Source: a virus
Taxonomy: Duplodnaviria; Caudoviricetes
DNA length: 55,324 nucleotides
IMG/VR virus record: IMGVR_UViG_3300030419_002654
Coordinates: 1-55,324 of that record
Strand: one strand, 5' to 3'
Below, in pieces: positions 16,346 through 25,190 of the stretch. The stretch's first letter is position 1, and the number at the start of each line of letters is the position of its first letter. The notes under the pieces are model-generated. The model did no database searches. It was not told the origin of the DNA and worked only from the letters and a program-made list of their open reading frames with translations. The translations under genes were made by a program, and so were the position numbers.

Positions 16346-16561
16346 ATGTTAGAAAGAATATTAGCAGAAAGATTAGATGTAGATGCAGATTCTATATCAG
16401 ATGAAAAAAATATAGTAGAGGACTTAGGAGCAGACTCATTATCAGTAGTTGAGATAATTATGGATATAGAAAGTGAGTTTGATATTAGCATTCCAGACGA
16501 AGATGCAGAAGAGCTTCATACTGTAGGACAATTAAGAGAGTACATTGAAAACTATGCGTAA
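16346..16561 (+). CDS. acpP: acyl carrier protein
   Basis: EDLGADSLSVVEIIMDIESEFDISIPDEDAE with the phosphopantetheine Ser. Confidence 0.92.
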   Translation: MLERILAERLDVDADSISDEKNIVEDLGADSLSVVEIIMDIESEFDISIPDEDAEELHTVGQLREYIENYA

Positions 16562-17198
16562 GTTATTGTTATTACTATTATTATCTACGCCAGTGTTTGC
16601 TGGAGATAATCACGTGCACGTTGAGCAAGTGGGTAATGGTGGTGATAATGTTGACCTTACAATAGATCAAATTGGTTATGATAATTTAATTAACTTTTCT
16701 TTTGCTCACCAGAATAACGTATTCGAATTTATGCAATCTGGTTCAGGCAACTCTATATCTTGGGTTCCATATTGGGGATCAGGTAAGAGCTGGGGCGGTG
16801 ATGTTGATGGAACAGGTAATAGTGAAGACATAGCTCAGTATGATGGAGCAACATATGGTAGACATATATGGGGCAACAATAATACAGTTGAAGTATATCA
16901 AGATGGAGAGCATACACACTACTTAGATATACATGCTAGCTCTGTAGAAGTAGACACTCACCAAGAAGGAAGTGGCGAACATTATAGTCATGCTTATTTC
17001 TACGGTACCACTTCTAACTCAGAAGTAAACATTACACAAAAAGATAATGCAAATCATAACGCACAAATTAAAATACAAGGTAACCAACCTACAACTTTAA
17101 ATTTAACTCAACAGGGTTCAACTAATCAAAGTTATAACCTCACACAAACATGTTACACTACTGGAGGATGTACAGTAAACGTAACGCAAGGAAACTAA
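16554..17198 (+). CDS. second curlin-repeat secreted protein
   Basis: signal peptide MRKLLLLLLLSTPVFA; repeated x.Q.G..N units; ends VNVTQGN. Confidence 0.75.
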   Translation: MRKLLLLLLLSTPVFAGDNHVHVEQVGNGGDNVDLTIDQIGYDNLINFSFAHQNNVFEFMQSGSGNSISWVPYWGSGKSWGGDVDGTGNSEDIAQYDGATYGRHIWGNNNTVEVYQDGEHTHYLDIHASSVEVDTHQEGSGEHYSHAYFYGTTSNSEVNITQKDNANHNAQIKIQGNQPTTLNLTQQGSTNQSYNLTQTCYTTGGCTVNVTQGN

Positions 17199-17281
17199 TG
17201 AAGGTAAAAGCAAAACTCATGCGTTTTTTAGAATGCTGTTTGGTCAAAGTATCTAAGTGGTAGAGTGACCGAGGTTTTATT

Positions 17282-19087
17282 ATGACTAAATGGTGGACAG
17301 TTTTAATCACAATAGCCTTATTGGCATCAGTAAAGATTTGGAATCCAGATCCATTAAAATCTTTACGATACATTCAATACGATTTCTTTCAACAGAAACA
17401 GGAGCAAGTACAAGTAGATGATATTGTGCTTGTTAACATAGACGAAAAAGCAATACAACAAGAAGGACAATATCCATGGCCACGTGATATAGTTGCTAAG
17501 TATATAAACGAAGGTCCTGCAAATAGTCTTTATGTTTTGAATATGATATATTCTGAACAAGATAGATTTGGAGGCGACCAAGCATTACGAGAAGCACTAT
17601 ATCAAAAAGCTGTGGTCCTATCATCTGCACCGACCAATCAATTATCTGATGGGGTAGGAAACTTTGTTGGTGTTGCAACATTAGGACAAGATCCAGGAGG
17701 ATGGTTAAATGAATATCCAGGACTCCTTTATCCGATTGACGATCTGTCTACTGCTGCTTACGGTGTTGGCGCTACCGCTAGCGTTGGTGATGTACCCACG
17801 GGCGTCGTGCGACGTGCTCCTTTGGTCATCAGAGCCAACGGGGTTCAGTACCCTCAACTTGCACTCGACGTACTTAGAGTGTATTCAGGAGAGCCAAGCT
17901 ATTCAATCAAAGCAGGAGACAACGGAGTCGAGTGGGTAAGGATAGGTAGATTGGATCCAATCACAACTGATAGTTATAGTAATGTTCCAATAGCATTTTG
18001 GAATCAATTTAAAAGTCAGAGTATTTTGGATCCATTACCAACTGATAAGATCCTAGTGTTTGGTGTCACAGCTGAAGGCTATGCTAATCCAGTTTCAACC
18101 CCAATGGGTGCAGTGTATCCCCACGAAGTTCAAGCCCATCTGATCCAAACAATGTTATCAGGCGTTCAAATAACTGAACCCGACTGGTCTGCAATAGCAG
18201 AGCTTGGTCTTCTGGTGATCTTGTGTCTAGGAATGCTTGTAGTGGTCTATACCTTTCCCACAGCTCTTGCGGGGACATTTGGCGTTCTTCTTTTAGGCGT
18301 CGGGCCTGGAGTAAGTTATTGGCTCTGGACCGATTTAGTCTTTTTAGATGCAACTTTTTCTTTCTTTGGTTCACTAATAGTATTTGCGCAAAGTTCTTTC
18401 AATAAGTACTTTACTACTTATAAGCTGAAAGAACAAATTAAAAAGCAGTTCGGTACTTATTTATCTCCCGACATGGTTAAAATGCTACAGGACGATCCAA
18501 GTTTATTAAAGTTAGGTGGAGAAAGAAGAGAGATGAGTTTTATGTTTATGGACATATGTGGATTCACTCCCATATCAGAGCATTATAAGAATAATAATGA
18601 CCCAGAAGGTCTTGTAGAACTTGTAAACAAGTTTTTAGATTTACAAACAAAGATCATTCTAAATAATAATGGAACAGTAGACAAGTACATGGGCGATTGT
18701 ATCATGGCATTCTGGAATGCACCACTGCCTTGTGAGAATCATGCCGACATGGCAATTAAAACATCTATAGAAATCATTGAGGCAACTAAAGAATTAAATG
18801 AAGAACTTAAACCGCTTAATCTTCCTCCTATTAACGTTGGCATTGGTGTTAACACCGGCGACTGTATTGTCGGAAACATGGGATCAGAAGTTAGATTTGA
18901 CTATTCCGTCATTGGAGATGCCGTCAATCTCGCCGCTAGACTCGAAAGCCAAACAAGAAATTATGATGGGGTGGACTTGTTGCTATCAGAATTCACTCGT
19001 GAAGCAAGTACAGATGGAACATTTACAGAAGTCGATCGCATCACAGTTAAAGGCAAAACCGAGCCAGTTACAATTTACACTTACTGA
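17282..19087 (+). CDS. CHASE2-domain class III adenylate/guanylate cyclase
   Basis: IVLVNIDE, GQYPWPR (CHASE2); TM helices; FMDICGFT, DKYMGDCIM, DYSVIGDAVNLAARLE. Confidence 0.92.
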   Translation: MTKWWTVLITIALLASVKIWNPDPLKSLRYIQYDFFQQKQEQVQVDDIVLVNIDEKAIQQEGQYPWPRDIVAKYINEGPANSLYVLNMIYSEQDRFGGDQALREALYQKAVVLSSAPTNQLSDGVGNFVGVATLGQDPGGWLNEYPGLLYPIDDLSTAAYGVGATASVGDVPTGVVRRAPLVIRANGVQYPQLALDVLRVYSGEPSYSIKAGDNGVEWVRIGRLDPITTDSYSNVPIAFWNQFKSQSILDPLPTDKILVFGVTAEGYANPVSTPMGAVYPHEVQAHLIQTMLSGVQITEPDWSAIAELGLLVILCLGMLVVVYTFPTALAGTFGVLLLGVGPGVSYWLWTDLVFLDATFSFFGSLIVFAQSSFNKYFTTYKLKEQIKKQFGTYLSPDMVKMLQDDPSLLKLGGERREMSFMFMDICGFTPISEHYKNNNDPEGLVELVNKFLDLQTKIILNNNGTVDKYMGDCIMAFWNAPLPCENHADMAIKTSIEIIEATKELNEELKPLNLPPINVGIGVNTGDCIVGNMGSEVRFDYSVIGDAVNLAARLESQTRNYDGVDLLLSEFTREASTDGTFTEVDRITVKGKTEPVTIYTY

Positions 19088-19394
19088 GCCAATCACTAAA
19101 GCACAAATAGCTACATTCGTAGCATTTCAACTTGCAGACATATACACTACTTACAAAGGACTTCAATACGAATGTGTTAGAGAATTAAATCCTTTTGTTG
19201 GCGACAGGCCATCAGTGGGAAGAATGTTTGCAACTAAAATTGCAATCCTTACACCAGCTTTTCAATATGATTATAAGCATGGTAATTTATCACCTAGAGT
19301 TATAAATGAAATGAACTTCTTAATGGCGCTTGTAATTATAAACAACCACGACGTCACTAACAAAGCATCAAAAAATTGTCAAAAAAGATCTTGA
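18798..19394 (+). CDS. hypothetical exported/membrane protein overlapping the cyclase (start uncertain)
   Basis: C-terminal LADIYTTY..L...ELNPF segment is outside the overlap; N-terminus looks like a signal peptide. Confidence 0.55.
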   Translation: MKNLNRLIFLLLTLALVLTPATVLSETWDQKLDLTIPSLEMPSISPLDSKAKQEIMMGWTCCYQNSLVKQVQMEHLQKSIASQLKAKPSQLQFTLTEPITKAQIATFVAFQLADIYTTYKGLQYECVRELNPFVGDRPSVGRMFATKIAILTPAFQYDYKHGNLSPRVINEMNFLMALVIINNHDVTNKASKNCQKRS

Positions 19395-19419
19395 CTTTAA
19401 ATCATACTTATAGTATAAT
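19391..19419 (+). promoter_or_regulatory. promoter TTGACT-N17-TATAAT
   Basis: consensus. Confidence 0.8.
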
Positions 19420-19445
19420 GGAGTCATTAGTAAGGAAATCAAAAA

Positions 19446-20054
19446 ATGGTAAAATCAAAAGTTGAACAAGTAAAGAAAATAATAGTTTGTGATGTTGACG
19501 GTGTTCTTTTAAACTGGGAAGACGCTTTTCAAGTTTGGATGGAGCATCAAGGGTTCGAAAGAATTAAAGGTCACCAATTTATCTACAACGCAGCTGCTCA
19601 ATTTGGACTTTCTCCAGGAGAAGGTAAGAAATGGGTTAGGTTATTCAACCAATCAGCTGCAATAGGATTTTTACCACCACTTAGAGACGCTCAAGAAGTG
19701 TTAAAATTATTAAACAAGAACTACGGATATAGATTTGTGATATGTTCATCACTTTCTAAAGATAAAAATGCTCAAGAACTTAGGATCCGAAACTTAGAAA
19801 AGATATTTGGTGATATTTTTGAAGAGCATGTCTACTTAGACACGGGAGAAGACAAAGATGCTGCTCTTTATAAGCTAGGCAAGAAGTATAGAGGGTGTTT
19901 ATGGGTCGAAGATAAGGTAGAAAATGCGTTTGCAGGTGAAAAAGTCGACTTTGAATCGATTGTTATGGAGCATGGATACAATATGAACGAAGAACATCCG
20001 TTTTTTGTTGCAAAATCATGGGAAGACATCTACTTCAAGGTGGTAAAGGGATGA
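19446..20054 (+). CDS. HAD-family phosphatase, T4 gp30.2-like
   Basis: CDVDGVLLNW motif I; WVEDK motif. Confidence 0.8.
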   Translation: MVKSKVEQVKKIIVCDVDGVLLNWEDAFQVWMEHQGFERIKGHQFIYNAAAQFGLSPGEGKKWVRLFNQSAAIGFLPPLRDAQEVLKLLNKNYGYRFVICSSLSKDKNAQELRIRNLEKIFGDIFEEHVYLDTGEDKDAALYKLGKKYRGCLWVEDKVENAFAGEKVDFESIVMEHGYNMNEEHPFFVAKSWEDIYFKVVKG

Positions 20055-20509
20055 TTTTCTTTCTAACTGGAGTAAAAGGTGGCGATTTTGGCAAAAAATT
20101 CGAAAAAAGACTCGAAAAAGTGTTCCATTTATGCGTAGAAGAGCTAAATTTATCGAATTTCAAGGGCGTTGTCCATGTTGAGATGCCAAGAAAGAAAGGT
20201 TTACTTGATGAAAGGTATCATGGATACGTAGAAATGGAAGATAAACAAATGATCGAAGGCACAAATTACTGGTGGGCAGTTGTAAGATTAGCTAACACTC
20301 ACAATTTTCACGACGTTGTCGAGACATTTTGTCACGAAATGGTTCATGTAAAGCAATTTTTACGTAGAGAACTAACATCAAATGGCATGAAATGGAAAGG
20401 ACAACCCAATCCTAACACAGATGATCCGTGTAATGAACCACATGAATTGGAAGCATATAAGCTAGAAAAAGTTTTATACAACAAATGCGTTGACCTTAAA
20501 CTCATATAA
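20051..20509 (+). CDS. HExxH metallopeptidase-like protein
   Basis: TFCHEMVHVKQ...PHELEAY. Confidence 0.75.
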   Translation: MIFFLTGVKGGDFGKKFEKRLEKVFHLCVEELNLSNFKGVVHVEMPRKKGLLDERYHGYVEMEDKQMIEGTNYWWAVVRLANTHNFHDVVETFCHEMVHVKQFLRRELTSNGMKWKGQPNPNTDDPCNEPHELEAYKLEKVLYNKCVDLKLI

Positions 20510-20518
20510 TAGTATAAT
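20490..20518 (+). promoter_or_regulatory. promoter TTGACC-N17-TATAAT
   Basis: consensus spacing. Confidence 0.7.
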
Positions 20519-20538
20519 AGCGGTTCACACATTAATTA

Positions 20539-20790
20539 ATGGAGAAAGAAATGGCAGAAAAAGATAATGATTTTTCTAATATAGACAAACAAGTCTTTGC
20601 TATCGCTGGTTTGCTAGATGCTCAATTAAGAGTAGCTGGTTTAAACGCAGGCGAGTTTTCTGAACTAGAGGTAGACTATCTTAAAAATTGGTTAAACAAA
20701 GAGCAAGATCCTTTACTAGGAACTATTGTTGCTCAATTAATTGGTTTAAGAGAACTACCTTCAAAAGAAGAAGGTGATGATAATGAGTAA
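20539..20790 (+). CDS. hypothetical protein (start possibly 20551)
   Basis: ORF after promoter; GGAG before the second ATG. Confidence 0.65.
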   Translation: MEKEMAEKDNDFSNIDKQVFAIAGLLDAQLRVAGLNAGEFSELEVDYLKNWLNKEQDPLLGTIVAQLIGLRELPSKEEGDDNE

Positions 20791-21316
20791 ACCTATGATT
20801 CGAAAAGGAGATGGGTTTCCTTTATTCAACTACCTAGACAGAAAAGCAGGTGAGTTTGTTAAAATCGATTTCAATTCTGAAATCAAAGGTAAGAAAGTTT
20901 TAATATTTGGCTTACCTGGAGCATTTACACCAACTTGCTCAAGTAAACAATTACCTGGGTACGAGAGTTTATTCAATAAATTCAATGAGTTAGGTGTAGA
21001 TCATATATACTGCACATCTGTAAATGATCCATTTACAATGAATGCCTGGTTTGATAATCAGAACATTGTAAACGTAAGATCATTACCTGATGGAAATGGA
21101 GACTTAGCACAATCACTTGGAATGTTTGTATCTAAAAGAAACCTTAACTTCGGTCATAGGTCTTGGAGATATGCATTGCTTGTTGATGGCACGTCTGGTA
21201 AAGTAATCGAAGTATTTGCAGAACCTGAAAAGAGGGACATGGCTGATGATGATAGCTATGTTGTAAGTACTCCAGAAGCAGTTCTTAAATGGTTGCAGAA
21301 CAATCCCCAGAACTAA
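20783..21316 (+). CDS. peroxiredoxin (Prx5-like)
   Basis: LPGAFTPTCS, SVNDPF, LPDGNG, RSWRYA. Confidence 0.92.
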   Translation: MSKPMIRKGDGFPLFNYLDRKAGEFVKIDFNSEIKGKKVLIFGLPGAFTPTCSSKQLPGYESLFNKFNELGVDHIYCTSVNDPFTMNAWFDNQNIVNVRSLPDGNGDLAQSLGMFVSKRNLNFGHRSWRYALLVDGTSGKVIEVFAEPEKRDMADDDSYVVSTPEAVLKWLQNNPQN

Positions 21317-21744
21317 GAAGAGTTTTAACTTGGGATGACTATAATGAGCTAGTCTCATCTATAGCGTCCCAAATGGGCGATTGGGAACCACAGGCGATAG
21401 TTGGATTAACTCGTGGCGGGTTAATTCCAGCTGTACAATTTTCACACATGTTCAATGTTAAATTATATACATTGAATATTTCACTTAGAGATGGCAAAGC
21501 ACCTTCTACCAAATTCAATTGGAAACAGTTGGAGAAATATGATAGAATTTTAATTGTTGATGATATCAATGATAGTGGTGCTACATTACATGAAGTGCAT
21601 AATCAGTTTTATGGGAATGCACTACACAATCCACGTTTTGCTACTTTACTAAGTAAGCGTTCTTCAAAAATGAATGTAGACTACGCTGGAGAACATATAA
21701 ATACTTCTAAGGAAAACGATTGGATTGTTTTTCCTTGGGAATAA
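21289..21744 (+). CDS. type I phosphoribosyltransferase (Gpt-like)
   Basis: GLTRGGLIPA, ILIVDDINDSGATL, WIVFPWE. Confidence 0.9.
   Translation: MVAEQSPELRRVLTWDDYNELVSSIASQMGDWEPQAIVGLTRGGLIPAVQFSHMFNVKLYTLNISLRDGKAPSTKFNWKQLEKYDRILIVDDINDSGATLHEVHNQFYGNALHNPRFATLLSKRSSKMNVDYAGEHINTSKENDWIVFPWE
21696..21703 (+). promoter_or_regulatory. T4-type late promoter TATAAATA
   Basis: exact consensus near the end of the PRT gene. Confidence 0.55.
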
Positions 21745-21761
21745 TAAAATAGGAGAAATCT

Positions 21762-21926
21762 ATGTTAGATTGGATAAAAGGCCGTATAGCTGAAAGAACA
21801 AGTCTTGATGGACTTGCATTAGTAGGTATATGTGGTGGATTTTTATTATTTGATGGTTTAGCTGTATTAGCTGCTTGGGCAGGTTTAATATACGGCATTT
21901 GGACTATAGTACAACCGGAGAAATAA
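21762..21926 (+). CDS. small two-TM membrane protein (54 aa)
   Basis: RBS AGGAG; MLDWIKGRIAERTSLDG...AWAGLIYGIWTI. Confidence 0.7.
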   Translation: MLDWIKGRIAERTSLDGLALVGICGGFLLFDGLAVLAAWAGLIYGIWTIVQPEK

Positions 21927-21929
21927 TTT

Positions 21930-22778
21930 ATGTGGAATTTATCAAAGATATTCAAAACTACTAGGTATCTAATGAAAACAGATGCAAGTGGTTTTGGTGA
22001 CCATGACAACCCTGACATGAATGGACAACACAGATTGGATCACATAGTTAATATGTACCGTGAAATGAATATTCCATTTGGTCCTATGATGGCATCAGCC
22101 AACAGAAAAACAAAAGCAGGAAGAGATATAATTTGGGCTAGAGGAGACTTTACCGAAGATAATATTGATAATGTTGTCGTACCTACTTTGATGGATTTCG
22201 AATACCTAAAGAGTTTGGCACCTAACACGGTAGGTGCCCACTACTACCATCTAGTTAAAGGATGGGGCATAGAAGAACTATACAATCAAAGGTTTAAACA
22301 TTCAGAGACAGATCTTTTAGGAGATTTTGCTGCAGAGATAAGAACGAACCTTTCAAGACACTTATTATTGAGTCACGACTTATGGCATGTGTTGTTTAGA
22401 TACGATACTTGTACAATGGGTGAAGCAATGATTCAAGAAGTCACAGCACACTTATCTAAATTTAAACCGCCAAGACTAGTATCATTTTTTGGTACTTGGA
22501 AAATGGCAAGGAAGTTAAAATCTAAACTTCCATGGAAAGTTAGAAAAGAATGTATTCAACTTTCAAGGGCATGTTCGCGAGAACTATTTTTTCAACCTCC
22601 ACTATCTCTATTAGAAAAGGATATTCAAGAGGTTAGAGACACCTACAATATTGGAGTACCAGTTTTGTACAAACAATATGTAGAAGAATTTGGTCCACTA
22701 GGTGAAGCAAGAATGGATACATTCCATCCTCAATACAATGACGCCAAGTGGAATGAAGTGGAACCAATCAGTATATAA
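21930..22778 (+). CDS. Coq4-like protein
   Basis: LKSLAPNTVG.HY, HDLWHVLFRY...GE (HDxxH-x11-E metal motif), LLEKDIQEVR..YNI. Confidence 0.75.
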   Translation: MWNLSKIFKTTRYLMKTDASGFGDHDNPDMNGQHRLDHIVNMYREMNIPFGPMMASANRKTKAGRDIIWARGDFTEDNIDNVVVPTLMDFEYLKSLAPNTVGAHYYHLVKGWGIEELYNQRFKHSETDLLGDFAAEIRTNLSRHLLLSHDLWHVLFRYDTCTMGEAMIQEVTAHLSKFKPPRLVSFFGTWKMARKLKSKLPWKVRKECIQLSRACSRELFFQPPLSLLEKDIQEVRDTYNIGVPVLYKQYVEEFGPLGEARMDTFHPQYNDAKWNEVEPISI

Positions 22779-22782
22779 AATT

Positions 22783-23001
22783 ATGTTTATAAAAAATGGC
22801 AAATGGGATTGGCCCATTGCGAAAAAGATTGCCGACGTTTATAAAGAACACGGTTTAATAAAATGTATACTTTACATCATACTAATCATTTTAGGTATTA
22901 AGTTAGTAGTTATAAATGCTATTATCTTTGTACTTAATCTTTTACCTTGGTTTGATATACAGTATGCACCAATATTGAGGAGTATTGGCTTAATAGGTTA
23001 A
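22783..23001 (+). CDS. small membrane protein
   Basis: long hydrophobic stretch; start re-assigned. Confidence 0.55.
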   Translation: MFIKNGKWDWPIAKKIADVYKEHGLIKCILYIILIILGIKLVVINAIIFVLNLLPWFDIQYAPILRSIGLIG

Positions 23002-23063
23002 TGACAATCGAACAGATACTAGTGCTAGCTGTGGTTGTTGCAACCATTTGGGCTCTAAGTTAG

Positions 23064-23480
23064 ATGGCATATAGTAAAAAGGTCGTAGAAAGATTCGAAA
23101 ATGTATTAAACAATCCAGAGGCTCACTCTGTAGGCCGTTTTGATCCTCAAGATCCCAATGTAGCAACAGGAATGACAGGTGCACCAGCTTGTGGTGATGT
23201 TATGAAGCTACAACTTAAACTAAACATTGATGGATTGATAGAAGATGTAAAGTTTAAAACATATGGCTGTGGTTCAGCAATAGCATCATCTACAATGTTT
23301 GTAGAAATGTTAAAAGGCAAAACCATAGAAGAAGCAAAACAAGTTAAAGATAAGGACATAGCAAAAGCATTAGAGCTACCTCCAATTAAATTGCACTGCT
23401 CAGTATTAGCAGAAGATAGTATTAAAAAAGCAATAGAGAACTGGGAGGAAAAAACGGCTCACAGGAGACATAACCAGTGA
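23064..23480 (+). CDS. iscU: Fe-S cluster scaffold IscU
   Basis: GAPACGDVMKLQ, FKTYGCGSAIAS, LPPIKLHCSVLAED. Confidence 0.95.
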   Translation: MAYSKKVVERFENVLNNPEAHSVGRFDPQDPNVATGMTGAPACGDVMKLQLKLNIDGLIEDVKFKTYGCGSAIASSTMFVEMLKGKTIEEAKQVKDKDIAKALELPPIKLHCSVLAEDSIKKAIENWEEKTAHRRHNQ

Positions 23481-23797
23481 TCGAATTATCAGATGCAGCG
23501 ATATCTAAAGCAATTGAAAGAACGTCGCAAGCGAATAGACCGAATATACGGCTGGGTGTTACTGGTGGTGGTTGTGCTGGCTTTGAGTATATTATTGAAT
23601 ATGCTGATAGTCCTAATCAAGATGATCTGGTAGAAGATTACGGAAAGTTTAAATTAGTAGTAGATAAGATGTCATCACCTTACCTTGAAGGTGCAACGCT
23701 CGATTGGGTTAAAGATGGTATCAATGAATACTTTAAAATAATAAATCCACAAGAAGTATCTTCATGTGGATGCGGAGTAAGCGTACAATTCGGTTGA
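23477..23797 (+). CDS. iscA: A-type Fe-S carrier IscA/HesB
   Basis: GGGCAGFEY, INPQ...CGCGVS. Confidence 0.92.
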   Translation: MIELSDAAISKAIERTSQANRPNIRLGVTGGGCAGFEYIIEYADSPNQDDLVEDYGKFKLVVDKMSSPYLEGATLDWVKDGINEYFKIINPQEVSSCGCGVSVQFG

Positions 23798-23822
23798 CTT
23801 TTATTTCTAAATAATATATAAT
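23794..23822 (+). promoter_or_regulatory. promoter TTGACT-N17-TATAAT
   Basis: consensus. Confidence 0.75.
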
Positions 23823-23831
23823 GGAGTTATT

Positions 23832-24062
23832 ATGAGCAAGTGGTTAATATATTCAAAAAACAACTGTCCTTATTGTGATAAAGCAAAGTTTGCTTTAAAA
23901 GATGAGGATGTCGAAATTAAAAACATAAACGATAAGCCTGGATACTTACAAGAACTATTAGAAAAGAATCCTAATGCTAGAACTATGCCTCAGATCTATA
24001 AAGATGATAAACTGATCGGAGGATATGATCAACTAAAAGTCTATTTGGAATTAAATAAATGA
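23832..24062 (+). CDS. glutaredoxin
   Basis: CPYC, RTMPQI, IGGYDQL. Confidence 0.92.
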   Translation: MSKWLIYSKNNCPYCDKAKFALKDEDVEIKNINDKPGYLQELLEKNPNARTMPQIYKDDKLIGGYDQLKVYLELNK

Positions 24063-25096
24063 AATTAAACATACTCGGTGATCCAAACGTACAAACAAAT
24101 GAAGTAGATAAGAATGCTATGGGTGGTACAGAGCTAATGAAGTATGCTCTGTATGATAAACTACCTAAAAACTTATTAGATCACTTCCAGATTATTCCTT
24201 CAAGGTTTAGAGGATTAGAAGATGGTAAGAAACCTATCTATTGGGTGCACGACTTAGCTTTAGATCCAGAAATGGCTCATCTTAAAGATGGTGGCTGGGA
24301 TAGATTTGAAGCAATTGTTTGTGTATCGCATTGGCAGAGACAACAAATAGAAAACTATCTTGGCGTTCCAGCTAGTAAGATGGTTGTATTACAGAATGCA
24401 ATAGAACCAATACCAGCTCACGAGAAACCAGATCCTAAAGAATGTGTTAATATAATTTATCATACAACACCACATAGAGGATTAGATTTATTAGTACCAG
24501 TTATGGATTGGATTGAAGAACAATTACCTGACATCAACTGGCACTTAGATGTTTATAGTTCATTTGGAATATATGGATGGGCAGAAAGAGATAAACCTTA
24601 TCAAGATTTATTTCAAAGAATAAAAGACCATCCTAAAATGACTTATCACGGTCATGTACCAAATGAAGAAGTACACAAAGCATTACAGAAAGCTCATATC
24701 TTTGCCTTACCTAGTATATGGCCTGAGACTTCCTGTATCGCTCTTATAGAGGCTATGAGCGCTAGATGTATATGTGTGCACAGCAGTCTTGCGGCACTGC
24801 CTGAGACAGCCGCTAATTGGACCTTACAGTATGATTTTACAGAGGACATGAAAGACCATGCAAGCAGACATGCTTTGACGTTAGCAGATGCAATGAGGTT
24901 ATGTGATGAACCTAATATGGTAGAAAGATTAAATATGCAGAAAGCATATACAGATGGTTTCTATGGTTGGGAAGTAAGATCAAAACAATGGGAAGTATAT
25001 TTAACGTCATTATTAAGTAAAGGAACAGATGGAAACGCTACAAAGTCAACAAGCAAGGGAAATAGCAAGTCTAGCACAGGAAGTAAAACAACTTAA
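24059..25096 (+). CDS. glycosyltransferase, GT4-like (GT-B fold)
   Basis: GGTE, HIFALPSIWPETSCIALIEAMS. Confidence 0.85.
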   Translation: MKLNILGDPNVQTNEVDKNAMGGTELMKYALYDKLPKNLLDHFQIIPSRFRGLEDGKKPIYWVHDLALDPEMAHLKDGGWDRFEAIVCVSHWQRQQIENYLGVPASKMVVLQNAIEPIPAHEKPDPKECVNIIYHTTPHRGLDLLVPVMDWIEEQLPDINWHLDVYSSFGIYGWAERDKPYQDLFQRIKDHPKMTYHGHVPNEEVHKALQKAHIFALPSIWPETSCIALIEAMSARCICVHSSLAALPETAANWTLQYDFTEDMKDHASRHALTLADAMRLCDEPNMVERLNMQKAYTDGFYGWEVRSKQWEVYLTSLLSKGTDGNATKSTSKGNSKSSTGSKTT

Positions 25097-25190
25097 AAGA
25101 GAAATCCAAGAGTTAGAAAAGGCTAAGTACGAAGCCTATAAAAGAATAGGTGAATTAACTAGTCAGAAACCTCGTCGTACTGCTTCCTAA
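25029..25190 (+). CDS. small coiled-coil protein (53 aa)
   Basis: AAAGGA RBS; translated by hand. Confidence 0.5.
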   Translation: METLQSQQAREIASLAQEVKQLKREIQELEKAKYEAYKRIGELTSQKPRRTAS

